Under the pieces are notes generated by a model, which was given only the letters and a program-made list of their open reading frames with translations, was not told where the DNA came from and made no database searches. The position numbers were made by a program, and so were the translations under genes. Positions 37,872-47,995 of a stretch of DNA of 64,000 bases are shown piece by piece. The stretch covers positions 314,381 through 378,380 of the forward strand of contig CAZTRP010000001.1 of the NCBI GenBank assembly GCA_964616705.1, read 5' to 3'. Within the stretch, counting starts at the first letter, position 1. Every line of letters begins with the position of its first letter. The stretch comes from an uncultured Pseudobdellovibrionaceae bacterium (GTDB lineage: Bacteria > Bdellovibrionota > FAC87 > UBA2466).

Positions 37872-38228
37872 TCAAAGTGTGAAACTCATAGGACCGCAAG
37901 CAATATGGGTCCCCTCGGACATTAAGCTTACCTTGTGAACTCTGAGGCCAAGCTCTTGTTCAACGACGAACTTTCCCTTGGGCATGCCATTGTCCAAAGT
38001 CTCATATGCAAACTTGTCAGTGAGTGTGCTTACAGACGTGCCGCTGATTTGCCCAAAGCCGCCGACCTCCCAAGAAATATTCAGGGTGCGGGTTGAGATA
38101 GTGTAGTTCACTTTATAGTCGCCGCACTGGGTGCTCCACGCTTTAATCGTTGCAGTGGGAGATGTCGCGAAACCAGAAACCGCCAACAAAAAGCCGAATC
38201 CAAGCGCAAAGGTCGATTTGATATTCAT
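37872..38228 (-). CDS. Hypothetical secreted protein
   Basis: Signal peptide MNIKSTFALGFGFLLAVSGFA; 118 aa. Confidence 0.65.
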   Translation of the reverse strand: MNIKSTFALGFGFLLAVSGFATSPTATIKAWSTQCGDYKVNYTISTRTLNISWEVGGFGQISGTSVSTLTDKFAYETLDNGMPKGKFVVEQELGLRVHKVSLMSEGTHIACGPMSFTL

Positions 38229-38457
38229 AGAAACTCCGTCAGGTTATGCCAATGGCACAAAGTAAACGGCAAAAAGACGATAAGTCATGGTGCATCGCCG
38301 CAACGCACGGTCTCCCTCCCGGACGCTATCCCCAACCTAACAGGTCGCGTCTCCGACACTCTTTAGGTCTTGGATTTTATTTAATAAACATTAAATTTAA
38401 ATTGACTGAGCAAACTTCGTGCGCGATTGGATAACAAACGGAGGCCCGAACTTGCCT

Positions 38458-39846
38458 ATGCACCAATTGCTAATCTTTACAGTTATCCTGGGTTGTTTGC
38501 CGCTAGATTTCTCATTTGGTGCGGATCAGACTCGCCGCAACCTTTTCTGGGGGCAGTGGCGGGAGGTCAATCGTAAACACCGCGACGTATTGATCGATAA
38601 AAATCTAAGACTATTCTACACCCCCTTCGGTGCAGTCTCGCTAAAGTGGCTAAGCGAAGAAAAAGAGTACTTCTGGAAAAACTCCACCCCGAGAACTTGT
38701 TACAACACTGAAATTTGGCTCATCAATGGTCAAATAAAGAAGAGGGACGGCGGAGAAGTTACGGTTTACGCCCACGATCAGGTTCGAGTTTCGCTAGATC
38801 CTTTTGATCAGCTCAAAGTATTTTTTACAGACCGAGAATTGAACGACGCTTGCAGAAGCTACGTCAAAAACAAGTGGGATTTAACCTTTCGAAGATTAAC
38901 TTCTGCCGAAATCGCCGAGGTCGAGAAAAAGAAAGCTGCGGCTCGACTAGCAGCGCGGCTTGCGGCAGAGAAAGAAACTAGAACCCAGTCGTTTATTGCA
39001 AATGCCGGAACCTCCGACGTGGCCAATCTGAAAACATTGGCTACGATGGGGGTACATCCTCGCTGTTTTGAAGCAGGCGTTAAGGCCGCAATTGCATCAA
39101 GGAATCTTCCGGTGATCGAATGGATTTTGGACACCTATTGGAAAGAGGCAAAAGTTTCGGTTGTCGAAGTGTGGCGGACGATGGATCCGGTACTGCTTCA
39201 GCGTTTGATTTCAAAGTATCCTGTACTTGCGTCGGCCCTTAACACAAGGGAGTTTCTCCATACGCTGATCCAGGATCTCGATCAGCGCCAGGCAGCCAAG
39301 GGCACACTAGATGAAAAAGCGATAGATGCAGTCCGCCTCGTACTGGCAAAAGTAAATCTGGATTTCGAAGCAGATCACTTCAGTACTACGACTTTGGGCG
39401 TAAGTTCGCGCCCGGTAGCAGCCGCTTCTGAATCAGAACTTTCAGTGCTTGCCGAAGCGGCACTCCGAGCGACACTAGACTCTCGGGTATTTCAGATGTT
39501 CTTGGAACGATCCAGCCCCGATGCTATCGACAGACTGGACCGTAGCGGAAAAACGGTTTTTGACTACTTTTCTGCCGGCAACAATCTATTCAAGAAATAC
39601 TGCCGAGCGGCGGTAGACCGATCGCAGGATACCAAGGCGATCGACGCTTTCGCCGTTCATGTCGATAACCTGCAACGCAAGCTCGATTTAGTGCAAAAGA
39701 ATACCAAGGGAGTGATGAGGCAGAGAACCGATTACATCTACTATTATGAGGGAACAACCCAATGCACCGTTGGCCCCGACGGCCAGCTAAATTTCCATTT
39801 GGGTTTGCCTGCTTCTAATTTAGTGAGCCCCATAGGTAGAAATTAG
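38458..39846 (+). CDS. Hypothetical secreted protein with degenerate ankyrin-like repeats
   Basis: Signal peptide; VKAAIASRNLPVIEWILD and DRSGKTVFDY resemble ankyrin elements (weak). Confidence 0.55.
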   Translation: MHQLLIFTVILGCLPLDFSFGADQTRRNLFWGQWREVNRKHRDVLIDKNLRLFYTPFGAVSLKWLSEEKEYFWKNSTPRTCYNTEIWLINGQIKKRDGGEVTVYAHDQVRVSLDPFDQLKVFFTDRELNDACRSYVKNKWDLTFRRLTSAEIAEVEKKKAAARLAARLAAEKETRTQSFIANAGTSDVANLKTLATMGVHPRCFEAGVKAAIASRNLPVIEWILDTYWKEAKVSVVEVWRTMDPVLLQRLISKYPVLASALNTREFLHTLIQDLDQRQAAKGTLDEKAIDAVRLVLAKVNLDFEADHFSTTTLGVSSRPVAAASESELSVLAEAALRATLDSRVFQMFLERSSPDAIDRLDRSGKTVFDYFSAGNNLFKKYCRAAVDRSQDTKAIDAFAVHVDNLQRKLDLVQKNTKGVMRQRTDYIYYYEGTTQCTVGPDGQLNFHLGLPASNLVSPIGRN

Positions 39847-39894
39847 TCCACTGCCATCTTGGATGACTCATACCAAAAGGGCCCGAAATGCGAC

Positions 39895-39922
39895 GGGCAC
39901 TTTGAATCGGGCACTTTGAATC
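39895..39922 (+). repeat. Perfect 14-bp tandem duplication
   Basis: GGGCACTTTGAATC x2 in an intergenic region. Confidence 0.85.
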
Positions 39923-39996
39923 GCTAAGGGAGGCCGTACCATTTCGAGTTTGACAGGGAGATTCTGCGCGGCTTTTCTGGCGGTGGAGGTTGGAGT

Positions 39997-41010
39997 ATGT
40001 GGAGTTTGGTTCGCGGGGTTTTGGTACTGGCTGTTCTGACGTGTGGATCGGCAGGGGCAAAGAATAAGCTTGAGGGCTACCAGGGCATTTTGAACGCCAC
40101 TTCTCCTTATTCGGTCGGTAAGCCAGTAGAGCCTGAGAAACCCCGCCAACATATGCGAATTCGGGACGACAGGGCACGGTGGGCGGCGCACGCTACAAAC
40201 GAGCCCATACGCGCTTCCTGGGAAAGGTGGTGCGGTGAAGTCAGGGAATGGGAGCAGGCAACCGACCAGCACCAAACAGCCGAAATCAATAGACTTATTT
40301 CTGCCAATGGATCGTTTGCCCAAATGCTATCTGACCTGGGCCTAAGACAGACGATTTCAGTTCTTTCCCAAAATCGATATTTCTCTCTTAGCCATCCCCA
40401 CCTCCGCTTGAAAATGTCCGACCAAAGAACGGTCTTTGCAGAGGCGGTTCGTGAATTCGCCAGCGAAACTACTAACCTAGGCTCTGCGATCGAGGGCATT
40501 AGTGCCGCGCTCGAAGGGCCACGAGACCCAAAAGTACATTGGCGAGGCCACTACTACACAGAGGACTCCGAACCACTTCTTCTGCGGCCCTTCTTGATTG
40601 GACTACTCAACGGTAAGAATACTTTCTTTGCGAGTCCGTCAGCACGCACGGGTTTTCTGGAGGACTTCTATACGGCGGCACTCAAACTTTCCGGCAGCCC
40701 CCTAAGGTTTGGGCAGCAAGCCCTTCTTTCTGTCAAAGACGCCGGTACTTTCCTTTTCATTGTAAGACTTGAAGAATCGGTATTGGGCCCAAAGTGGGAG
40801 CGCACCGCCGCAGAAACCTACGACCATGGGGCCGTCTTCCGCCGATTTCGTGACATTGGAGCCACGGACCGGGAATGGGGTGAGTTGCTTGAGCTCTGGC
40901 CCAGCCGCCAAGCCAGAATTGCGCTTAAAAATAATCGTATCGGGGTCCCGGGACTTACCCGTTTAGGTGCATACGTTCGCAACTGCGTCCAATCTATTTT
41001 GAGCTACTAG
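39997..41010 (+). CDS. Hypothetical secreted protein
   Basis: GGAG RBS and signal peptide; no family recognised. Confidence 0.6.
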   Translation: MWSLVRGVLVLAVLTCGSAGAKNKLEGYQGILNATSPYSVGKPVEPEKPRQHMRIRDDRARWAAHATNEPIRASWERWCGEVREWEQATDQHQTAEINRLISANGSFAQMLSDLGLRQTISVLSQNRYFSLSHPHLRLKMSDQRTVFAEAVREFASETTNLGSAIEGISAALEGPRDPKVHWRGHYYTEDSEPLLLRPFLIGLLNGKNTFFASPSARTGFLEDFYTAALKLSGSPLRFGQQALLSVKDAGTFLFIVRLEESVLGPKWERTAAETYDHGAVFRRFRDIGATDREWGELLELWPSRQARIALKNNRIGVPGLTRLGAYVRNCVQSILSY

Positions 41011-41046
41011 CACCTAAAAAATATGCTATAAGCCGGCGTTTTCAAG

Positions 41047-41967
41047 GTGTCTTCCTTGGGAGGTTCCGTGCGACGTGTTTTTTGGATTTTTCTTTTCGTA
41101 GTCCTCTCACAAACCCTTTTGGGCCAGGAAGAGGCCAGGGAGACCACCACCGTTAAAATCAAAATGAGTGAAGAAGATCTCCCCCAAAATGAGGCGGACT
41201 TCAGAGAGATGCTCAAATCGGTAAAAACCGATATCTGGCACGACCAAGATGAACCGGCATTGGTCCAGAGCCCCTTGGATGCCTTTCTCATACTCATTCC
41301 AGTCTTCACCACTGCACACCTCCACCCCAAGTGGTGCCCCGAGAAAGTTACCGATTTCCTAACCACCCTATTAGAGATGGCTCGAAAACCCCGCACTGCT
41401 GCCCTTGCGCAAATCGCACACCCTTCCCCCTCGGACCAAGCCGAATTGGAACGCGAGCGACGCCAAGGCTATTTCGGTCGGGCGGCTTTAAAGTTCTATT
41501 TTTTGGATGAGATGCCCCCCTCAGTACGAAATAGGAAAGTACTAACCACTCTCTTCGACGTCGCACTAGCGCAAGCCTGCGATTCGCTTTACCGAGCGGA
41601 CCTTGTGGAGATCGTCTGGATAGACCTGCAAGTGCAGCTTGCGCATATCCTCAAGAATGGGCCCCCTTCTATTTCACTTCTACCTCCCGACTCAGCCCGA
41701 CTCCGAAAGTTCCTCCGAACTTATTACCTTGAAAACCTCCCCACTCTTAACCAGGGAGCGAAAAAGGAACGTACCGCCGCTCAATTGCAAACAAGCTGGG
41801 ATTTATCCTACGTTTTGAGCGCGCCAAAAATTCTGGAAGTCGACATGAATAGCTTCAAGCGTCCCAGCCTTGACGGGAAAACCGTGCAGACAGAAATAAA
41901 AAACTTGTTCATTTCAACACCGGAAAGCGAAACCGGGGCCTTCATTGAAATGAAGAGTTCCCAATGA
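41047..41967 (+). CDS. Hypothetical secreted protein
   Basis: Signal-like N-terminus; ATGA overlap with the next gene. Confidence 0.6.
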   Translation: MSSLGGSVRRVFWIFLFVVLSQTLLGQEEARETTTVKIKMSEEDLPQNEADFREMLKSVKTDIWHDQDEPALVQSPLDAFLILIPVFTTAHLHPKWCPEKVTDFLTTLLEMARKPRTAALAQIAHPSPSDQAELERERRQGYFGRAALKFYFLDEMPPSVRNRKVLTTLFDVALAQACDSLYRADLVEIVWIDLQVQLAHILKNGPPSISLLPPDSARLRKFLRTYYLENLPTLNQGAKKERTAAQLQTSWDLSYVLSAPKILEVDMNSFKRPSLDGKTVQTEIKNLFISTPESETGAFIEMKSSQ

Positions 41968-42932
41968 AAATTCTTATCCTATTTATTGGAATAAGCATTA
42001 CCCAGACCCTCTCGAATTCGGCTTGGGCTGAAACACCGAGCGAAAAGCAGGCGACGGACTCCGAACTCGAATCGCTGTTTGAGGAATTGGGAAGCAGCTC
42101 GTTTAAAAAACGCACTGAAGCGCAGCTTAAACTTTTTTCCTTCGGGCAACGGACAATTGATTTTGCCCCCAAGTACGCAAACGATGCAAACCCAGAACGC
42201 CGGCGCCGCGCTCAAGAACTTGCAAAGCCAAATCTTCGCACGGTTTCACCTTTTGAATTTATTGATTCAGTCCGCGAAAAACTCAGTGCAGCTCCCGAAT
42301 CGAACGACCTCCCTTACCTTCAACACGAAGTCCAAAAAGCTTATTGGAAAGTGCAACCCGCTCTTCATCCTCTAGCACAAAAGATTCGAACGGAACGCAT
42401 TGAGCTGCAAAACGCGTTTTATCCTTCCACCAAAGAAAAATCTGAAGACACTCTGCACGAATACCTGCTGGTACTCGCGAACGAAATTCCCAGCATCCTG
42501 AACGCCCGAGTCGAAGAGGACTTTCTTTTCCTTTCTGTCGAAAATCGTTCTTACCGCTTGAAGTGTTTCGATTATTCTCTCGGAACTGAAAACTACGAGC
42601 TGATAGGAGTTGATGGGCCAAATTACAGTTTTACACTTAAGGACTTGTTGAACATTCAAAGCACCCTAGCAAATGGACTCCCCGTTCAAACAGTTTGGCC
42701 CAGTGGCATAGAGGTTGATCCGACCGTTTCCGTCTCTCTGGTTCCACGGTTACCGTTTTATCCCGCGACCGGCGAAACTTATGGAGAAGGCCTGCGCTAC
42801 CTAGTAAACAGCGGAGTTACGACCACCGGCGATTTAATCGGAGTTGGAGAATGCGCAGGAGAGGAATTCTTTACTTCGGGTGATCTCGACGTAGCATCTG
42901 ACCACCTTCGTGCTTTATTAGAAGTGCGCTAG
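41964..42932 (+). CDS. Hypothetical secreted protein with HEAT-like N-terminal helices
   Basis: Signal peptide; LFEELGSSSFKKRTEAQLKL resembles a HEAT/PBS repeat. Confidence 0.6.
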   Translation: MKILILFIGISITQTLSNSAWAETPSEKQATDSELESLFEELGSSSFKKRTEAQLKLFSFGQRTIDFAPKYANDANPERRRRAQELAKPNLRTVSPFEFIDSVREKLSAAPESNDLPYLQHEVQKAYWKVQPALHPLAQKIRTERIELQNAFYPSTKEKSEDTLHEYLLVLANEIPSILNARVEEDFLFLSVENRSYRLKCFDYSLGTENYELIGVDGPNYSFTLKDLLNIQSTLANGLPVQTVWPSGIEVDPTVSVSLVPRLPFYPATGETYGEGLRYLVNSGVTTTGDLIGVGECAGEEFFTSGDLDVASDHLRALLEVR

Positions 42933-42970
42933 TGTATTCGAGCGGACCACAGCTGTCTTGGGCACACTAA

Positions 42971-44395
42971 TTGCTTCGAAATGGGCCGGGAGTGTCTGTG
43001 CGCTTTTTAGAACCATGGAAAACAGGCTTTAGCTGCATAATTGCCCTACTGACCGTCTCCCCTATTACGGCGAGCGAGGGGCCAGCCCGACGTACCCACG
43101 CTCGTTCTTTTATTAGCTGCATAAAAACGTTCGAGGAGCTCGCCAGCAAGGAGGAGCTTTCCCTCCCCAAAGAATCACCCAGAAACCCTGAGCTGGGTCC
43201 CTCTCAGTTCTACCAATCCCACGGTGCGAGCCTTGCGCTTCATCCAGTTAAAGACCTCGAAATTGATGGTTATCCGGTAGTAAAAGTTCCCTACCAAGAG
43301 TTTCTCGAGCGAAAAGATGCAGAGTCGATTCATCGGATTGTTCACCATCGCTACATGGTTGAGGGCTTCTACGTTTTGTGGTCCCCACCTCCAGGAGTCA
43401 AACTACCCGCCCAATTGGACTATCATTTCGATTCAAGCTTTATCAGTCTCACGCGAGCATATAAACACATCAAGATTTACCTAATTCCGTTGGATCAATA
43501 CCTGAGTCAACGATCGGCGTTTGACCGAAGCAGCCCGCGAGAGTGGATCGTCGGGTTAGCTGCCCCGCATCCCTTAGAGACGAAGCCCGGAAGTATCACC
43601 ACCGGTCTAGGCACCCACTACGTCTTTCAAGAGAACGGCCGCATTGATGTCTTTCCAAAAACGGGAGCACCATTTTCGATTGCAAACGGTGTAAAGGACC
43701 ACAGGGCCTTTGGGAGTCACGCAGAGATTCTGCGTCGTCAAGGCGTCTCAAAATCTTCGTTGGCGGCAACTGATGCCGAGAACTTGCAGATCGGCATTGC
43801 ACGAAATGAATCGCAAATCGTAAACGAAATGCAGAAGAAGGAAATCGATCCGACAATTCGGTCCCTTTACGCCCAAAGACTCAAGGAACTCTCCAATAGC
43901 TATAAAGCCGCGAACCCGAGCGCCCAAGCCGCAATTATTAAAGGCGCACTAGCACTTGCGGCAGATGCCCAGGTGTTTCTTCCAGAGTACTTAAAAATGA
44001 GACCCCTTCACGATAGGGCATTTCGGGTGGCTCCGAAATTCTCGGATGGAACACCGCAAATAAGAATTCTTCGACGGTTCTTACTACTAAGAACGGCCAG
44101 CGCGGGTTTGGAACCGACGCTGTACATTTTTGAACGTCCCACTAACAGCGTCGATGGCATGCACTTACAAGTCCTGCACGGAAATCTTGGAAACTTTGCC
44201 CTAGACTTAGAAGCCGATGGCAAAGTTGCCGGTGGAGTTATAGCCCTTACTTACGACGACACAAGCGAACACTTGGTCGGGATGGCACTAGACAGCAATG
44301 GCATGGTCCCGTTTCACCAAAGCCCACAAAACACGCGACTAACGCCGGAGGAACAGGCGTGGCTTCGTAACCAAATTGACAGATTACTGAATTAA
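42971..44395 (+). CDS. Hypothetical secreted protein
   Basis: 474-aa ORF; hydrophobic signal segment; no family recognised. Confidence 0.6.
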   Translation: MLRNGPGVSVRFLEPWKTGFSCIIALLTVSPITASEGPARRTHARSFISCIKTFEELASKEELSLPKESPRNPELGPSQFYQSHGASLALHPVKDLEIDGYPVVKVPYQEFLERKDAESIHRIVHHRYMVEGFYVLWSPPPGVKLPAQLDYHFDSSFISLTRAYKHIKIYLIPLDQYLSQRSAFDRSSPREWIVGLAAPHPLETKPGSITTGLGTHYVFQENGRIDVFPKTGAPFSIANGVKDHRAFGSHAEILRRQGVSKSSLAATDAENLQIGIARNESQIVNEMQKKEIDPTIRSLYAQRLKELSNSYKAANPSAQAAIIKGALALAADAQVFLPEYLKMRPLHDRAFRVAPKFSDGTPQIRILRRFLLLRTASAGLEPTLYIFERPTNSVDGMHLQVLHGNLGNFALDLEADGKVAGGVIALTYDDTSEHLVGMALDSNGMVPFHQSPQNTRLTPEEQAWLRNQIDRLLN

Positions 44396-45141
44396 CTCTT
44401 TGGAATGTAGGCCAAGGTTGGTTTGGAAGCCAAAACTTTCAGCAGAAAAGCTAATGACTCTTCCGAAAGACTAATAAACTCTATCCCCATGCCTGCTGGC
44501 CCTTCAGAATCGGGAGCTTTTCGAACCCAGCGGCATATTCCTTTTCCCGAAAAACAACTCAGTCCCTCTGTAGGGGACTGAAAAGAGAAGCTAAAATCTG
44601 TTTCCTGATCCAAATGCAGTGCGGGAGCCTCATCCGGTAGAAACATTCCCGAACGACCAAATTTCGCGGAACTCAACCAAGCCGCGCCTAGTCCATCACG
44701 TTTGATTGCCGTCGGTGGACGTTTGTTCTCGCTTATCCAACCGCCACCAGTTTTGAGACGACTGTCGATGGGCAGGAGCAAACGTCCGATTCCAGCAATG
44801 ACGCGATCTAAATCAACCGGTTTGTGGAAAACTGAGTCGGCGCCAATATCGTACAACTCGCTGACGGCACACTCTGAAAAGCCGGTGAGGAGAATAAACG
44901 TGCAGGGAATGCCCCCGGGTTTCCTAATTTCGCGAAGTAGGAACAAGCCATCCCCGTCGGGCATTCGCATGTCACTTACGACGACATCAAAGGACTGGTT
45001 TTGCAACTTCCCCACAGCTTCCCGACCACTGTACGCAACTTCAACGCTAGCCTTTGCAAATTGAAACTCGTCGGCCATCAGGCTACACATTTCGCGCTCG
45101 TCATCGACGACCAAAATTTTCTTTCCCGTCAAACCCGACAT
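44392..45141 (-). CDS. Response regulator receiver plus degenerate PilZ-like domain
   Basis: VVDDE, VSDMRMPDG, HKP; C-terminal KFGRSGMFL...GICRWVR...GMGIEF. Confidence 0.8.
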   Translation of the reverse strand: MSGLTGKKILVVDDEREMCSLMADEFQFAKASVEVAYSGREAVGKLQNQSFDVVVSDMRMPDGDGLFLLREIRKPGGIPCTFILLTGFSECAVSELYDIGADSVFHKPVDLDRVIAGIGRLLLPIDSRLKTGGGWISENKRPPTAIKRDGLGAAWLSSAKFGRSGMFLPDEAPALHLDQETDFSFSFQSPTEGLSCFSGKGICRWVRKAPDSEGPAGMGIEFISLSEESLAFLLKVLASKPTLAYIPKS

Positions 45142-45163
45142 GGGGCTCCCTCAGAACTGATTT

Positions 45164-45418
45164 TCAGGCCGCCTTATTGGTCGGCACTTCTAACTCGCGT
45201 TCGGCCAAAGCGCTTTTGAAGTCCGCATGAAGGGTTTCAATAGAATCAATAGCTGCTGCGGCGCGCTGAAGAAATTCTTTAATACGTTCTTTGTCCGCTT
45301 CCGGGCCAGTGCCCTCTTGTGCCGCCGTTAAACGCTTAATCAAAAGCCTTAAGATTGATACCGGCGTAGCCATATCGTGCAAAAACTTGCGATTTTCCAT
45401 CTGATATTTGTCGCTCAT
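45164..45418 (-). CDS. Stand-alone HisKA/DHp-like protein
   Basis: 84 aa, FLHDMATPVSIL H-box and two helices, no ATPase domain; directly upstream of the response regulator. Confidence 0.6.
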   Translation of the reverse strand: MSDKYQMENRKFLHDMATPVSILRLLIKRLTAAQEGTGPEADKERIKEFLQRAAAAIDSIETLHADFKSALAERELEVPTNKAA

Positions 45419-45607
45419 TCATTTCCTCTTCGAGATTTCTTCAATCTTTCTTCTCGGCGAAAGTTTACGAATAGTTGAGCGCCGGACGGCGCGGAGCGCT
45501 AACGCATCGCGCTGCTTCACAGCGTTAATTGCGACATGATTTCGTCAATTTAACTTCTGTACCTCGCCCTCTTTACCGATAAGTCACGCATAGGAGGAAC
45601 CGTACCC

Positions 45608-47986
45608 TTGCGCCTTCGCCCACCACAAAAATTCGCGAAACTACGCTCCCTGTGGCTCGCGGGCTACGACGCGCTTTCGCGCTTTTTTGACGGACATGCG
45701 CACCGCCGAAGCCACGTCGCCAATCAAAACCCATCGGCTTCTCGCGAATTGCCGCTGTTCCTGCTTAGCCTCGGAGTCGCTTGCGCAACAGCTTGGCTTT
45801 TGGTCTCTCCCTCACCTCGTACGCGCCCACTTCCAGCAGTAACCGTAGGCGATATCGCCGAGAGCACTTTGGTATCCCCGCTCACGATTGAAATCGAACC
45901 CCGAGAAACACAACGCAGAAACCGAGAACAACTCTACAAGAAAACTGCACCCGTATTTGACTATGACGAAACCGCCTTGGCGATCTGGCTCCAGAACTGG
46001 AGCCAGACATTTTCTACGGTTCGCCAGCAGTTTTTTTCCTCCACCGCAAAGACACGCTTGGCTCCCGTGGGGCAGTCGACCGAACGGATTCGGGAAATTA
46101 TACGAAAAGAAACAGGCCAATCGCTCTCCTTACCCGACACCTTGTTCTTAATCAAAAATCGTTTTTCTAAAGAGCTGGAACAAGTCTTTCATGAGACAGC
46201 AAAACCGCTCTTGGGCCACTTGATAGCCGAGACCGATCTTTTCGCCTCTCACTACAGCACTGGAATCATTGTTCGCCAAATTAACTTAGGTCTGCAAGAG
46301 ACGCTCATAAACGACGTTTCACGAATTTGGAGTGCAGAGCAAGCAAGACAACTTATTTCCCAAGCGGCTGGACGCAAAGCAAAGCACAAGAGCCCGTATA
46401 CCAAACAGGTTGCTGAAATTATCCAATCCATCGTGCCCGCCAACTTGAAAATCAACACCGAACTCACTGAGAAACGGCTTAAGCTCGCCATCGGAAGAAA
46501 AGACTCTTTGTTGGTCTCGCTCAAGAAAGGCCAGATTCTGGTTCGCATGGGTGAACGAGTCACCGAAGGCCAAGCAGACATCATCGAATCGCTGCGCTCC
46601 CTGACCTCAACTGCGGCATTGGTAAAACGATTCCTCATTCTCGGTTCGATACTATGCCTATTTTTCCTACTTCTTTTTCACCTGGATCTTTCCCGGCGCA
46701 GCTTCCTAAGACTCAACTTGAAAAACGCGCTCGTCTTTAGCGCGATTGGCTTAATGACTCTAGCGTGCATGAAGTGGACACTTCCCTTCTTGCAGCCGGC
46801 TTTAAACGGCCTCGGTCTAAACATCGGCGCCGAATACCTGCTTCCGGTAACCACCGGAGCTGTTTTAATTCAGCTGCTCATGGGACGAGAGCTCGCGATC
46901 ACGTTCGCTTTACAAGTCGCGGTCTGCGGCGGAATTTTAGTAGAAGGAAATCTATTCTATGGAATTTGGGTTTTTGCTGTCTCCATAGTGGGCATCCAAA
47001 GCCTAGGGCAGTGTAAGACTCGTGGCGATTTGTATCGTTGCGGAACTTGGAGCGGGCTAGCAGGAGCGTTTCTCATTCTGGGGTTTGACCTCTATCAATC
47101 GCTCGGGTTGGTATCGATTGACTGGAAAGCAACAATAGTCCATTTCTCTGGCGGTTTTCTGAGTGGTTTGTTTACCTCGATATTTTCAAGCACTCTCATT
47201 CCAGTTCTGGAATCAGTGTTTGGCTACACCACCAACCTAAAGCTCCTGGAGCTGTCGAACTTCAACCATCCTTTATTGCACAACCTAATGATGAAAGCCC
47301 CAGGCACTTACCACCACTCGATCATGGTAGGAAGCCTTGCAGAGATTGCCGCCGACAGAATAAAAGCGAACTCGCTACTCGCAAGAGTTTCCGCGTACTA
47401 CCACGACATTGGAAAGATGGCGAATCCGCTTTATTTTATTGAGAACCAATCACCTCAGTACAACCCACACGATCATTTATCGCCTTCGATCAGCGCCCGA
47501 ATCCTCTTCTCGCACGTCAAGAATGGAACGAGAATGGGAAAGGAACACGGTCTTGGAGAGCCCATAAACGACATTATCCAACAACATCACGGCACCACCA
47601 TGGCGACCTTCTTCTACAATAAAGCCAAAGAAGAAAAAGGCGGGAATGAATCAGAGGTAAACGAAAGCGATTACAGATATCCGGGGCCTCGACCCCAATC
47701 ACGTGAAGCAGCTATAGTAATGATTGCCGATGCCTGTGAAGCTGCCACTCGCAGCATACCTGGTCCCACCGCGGTAAAGATACAGGCGATGGTACACAAT
47801 ATTATCAACCGCCGTTTTCTAGATCTTCAATTCCATGACTGTGACTTAACCCTAAAAGACCTCCAAACTATTGAAGAATGTATCAGTCGAACTCTGCTCT
47901 CTTTGTACCATCACCGAATAGAGTATCCCGGCCAAACTCAGGCCCTCGGTGAAGCCACTGTGGAAATACAGCGCAAAACACTCTAG
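45608..47986 (+). CDS. 7TM-HD phosphohydrolase (PgpH/YqfF-like, putative c-di-AMP phosphodiesterase)
   Basis: Large extracytoplasmic domain, 7TM region, APGTYHHS, YHDIGK, HVKNG, QHHGT, IADACEA; followed by ybeY. Confidence 0.88.
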   Translation: MRLRPPQKFAKLRSLWLAGYDALSRFFDGHAHRRSHVANQNPSASRELPLFLLSLGVACATAWLLVSPSPRTRPLPAVTVGDIAESTLVSPLTIEIEPRETQRRNREQLYKKTAPVFDYDETALAIWLQNWSQTFSTVRQQFFSSTAKTRLAPVGQSTERIREIIRKETGQSLSLPDTLFLIKNRFSKELEQVFHETAKPLLGHLIAETDLFASHYSTGIIVRQINLGLQETLINDVSRIWSAEQARQLISQAAGRKAKHKSPYTKQVAEIIQSIVPANLKINTELTEKRLKLAIGRKDSLLVSLKKGQILVRMGERVTEGQADIIESLRSLTSTAALVKRFLILGSILCLFFLLLFHLDLSRRSFLRLNLKNALVFSAIGLMTLACMKWTLPFLQPALNGLGLNIGAEYLLPVTTGAVLIQLLMGRELAITFALQVAVCGGILVEGNLFYGIWVFAVSIVGIQSLGQCKTRGDLYRCGTWSGLAGAFLILGFDLYQSLGLVSIDWKATIVHFSGGFLSGLFTSIFSSTLIPVLESVFGYTTNLKLLELSNFNHPLLHNLMMKAPGTYHHSIMVGSLAEIAADRIKANSLLARVSAYYHDIGKMANPLYFIENQSPQYNPHDHLSPSISARILFSHVKNGTRMGKEHGLGEPINDIIQQHHGTTMATFFYNKAKEEKGGNESEVNESDYRYPGPRPQSREAAIVMIADACEAATRSIPGPTAVKIQAMVHNIINRRFLDLQFHDCDLTLKDLQTIEECISRTLLSLYHHRIEYPGQTQALGEATVEIQRKTL

Positions 47987-47995
47987 AGTGTTCCC

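Noticed and set aside
38684-38692. CCACCCCGA match to the tRNA-Pro 3' end as a possible attR
   Set aside because: Only 9 bp and inside a coding region; chance-level match.
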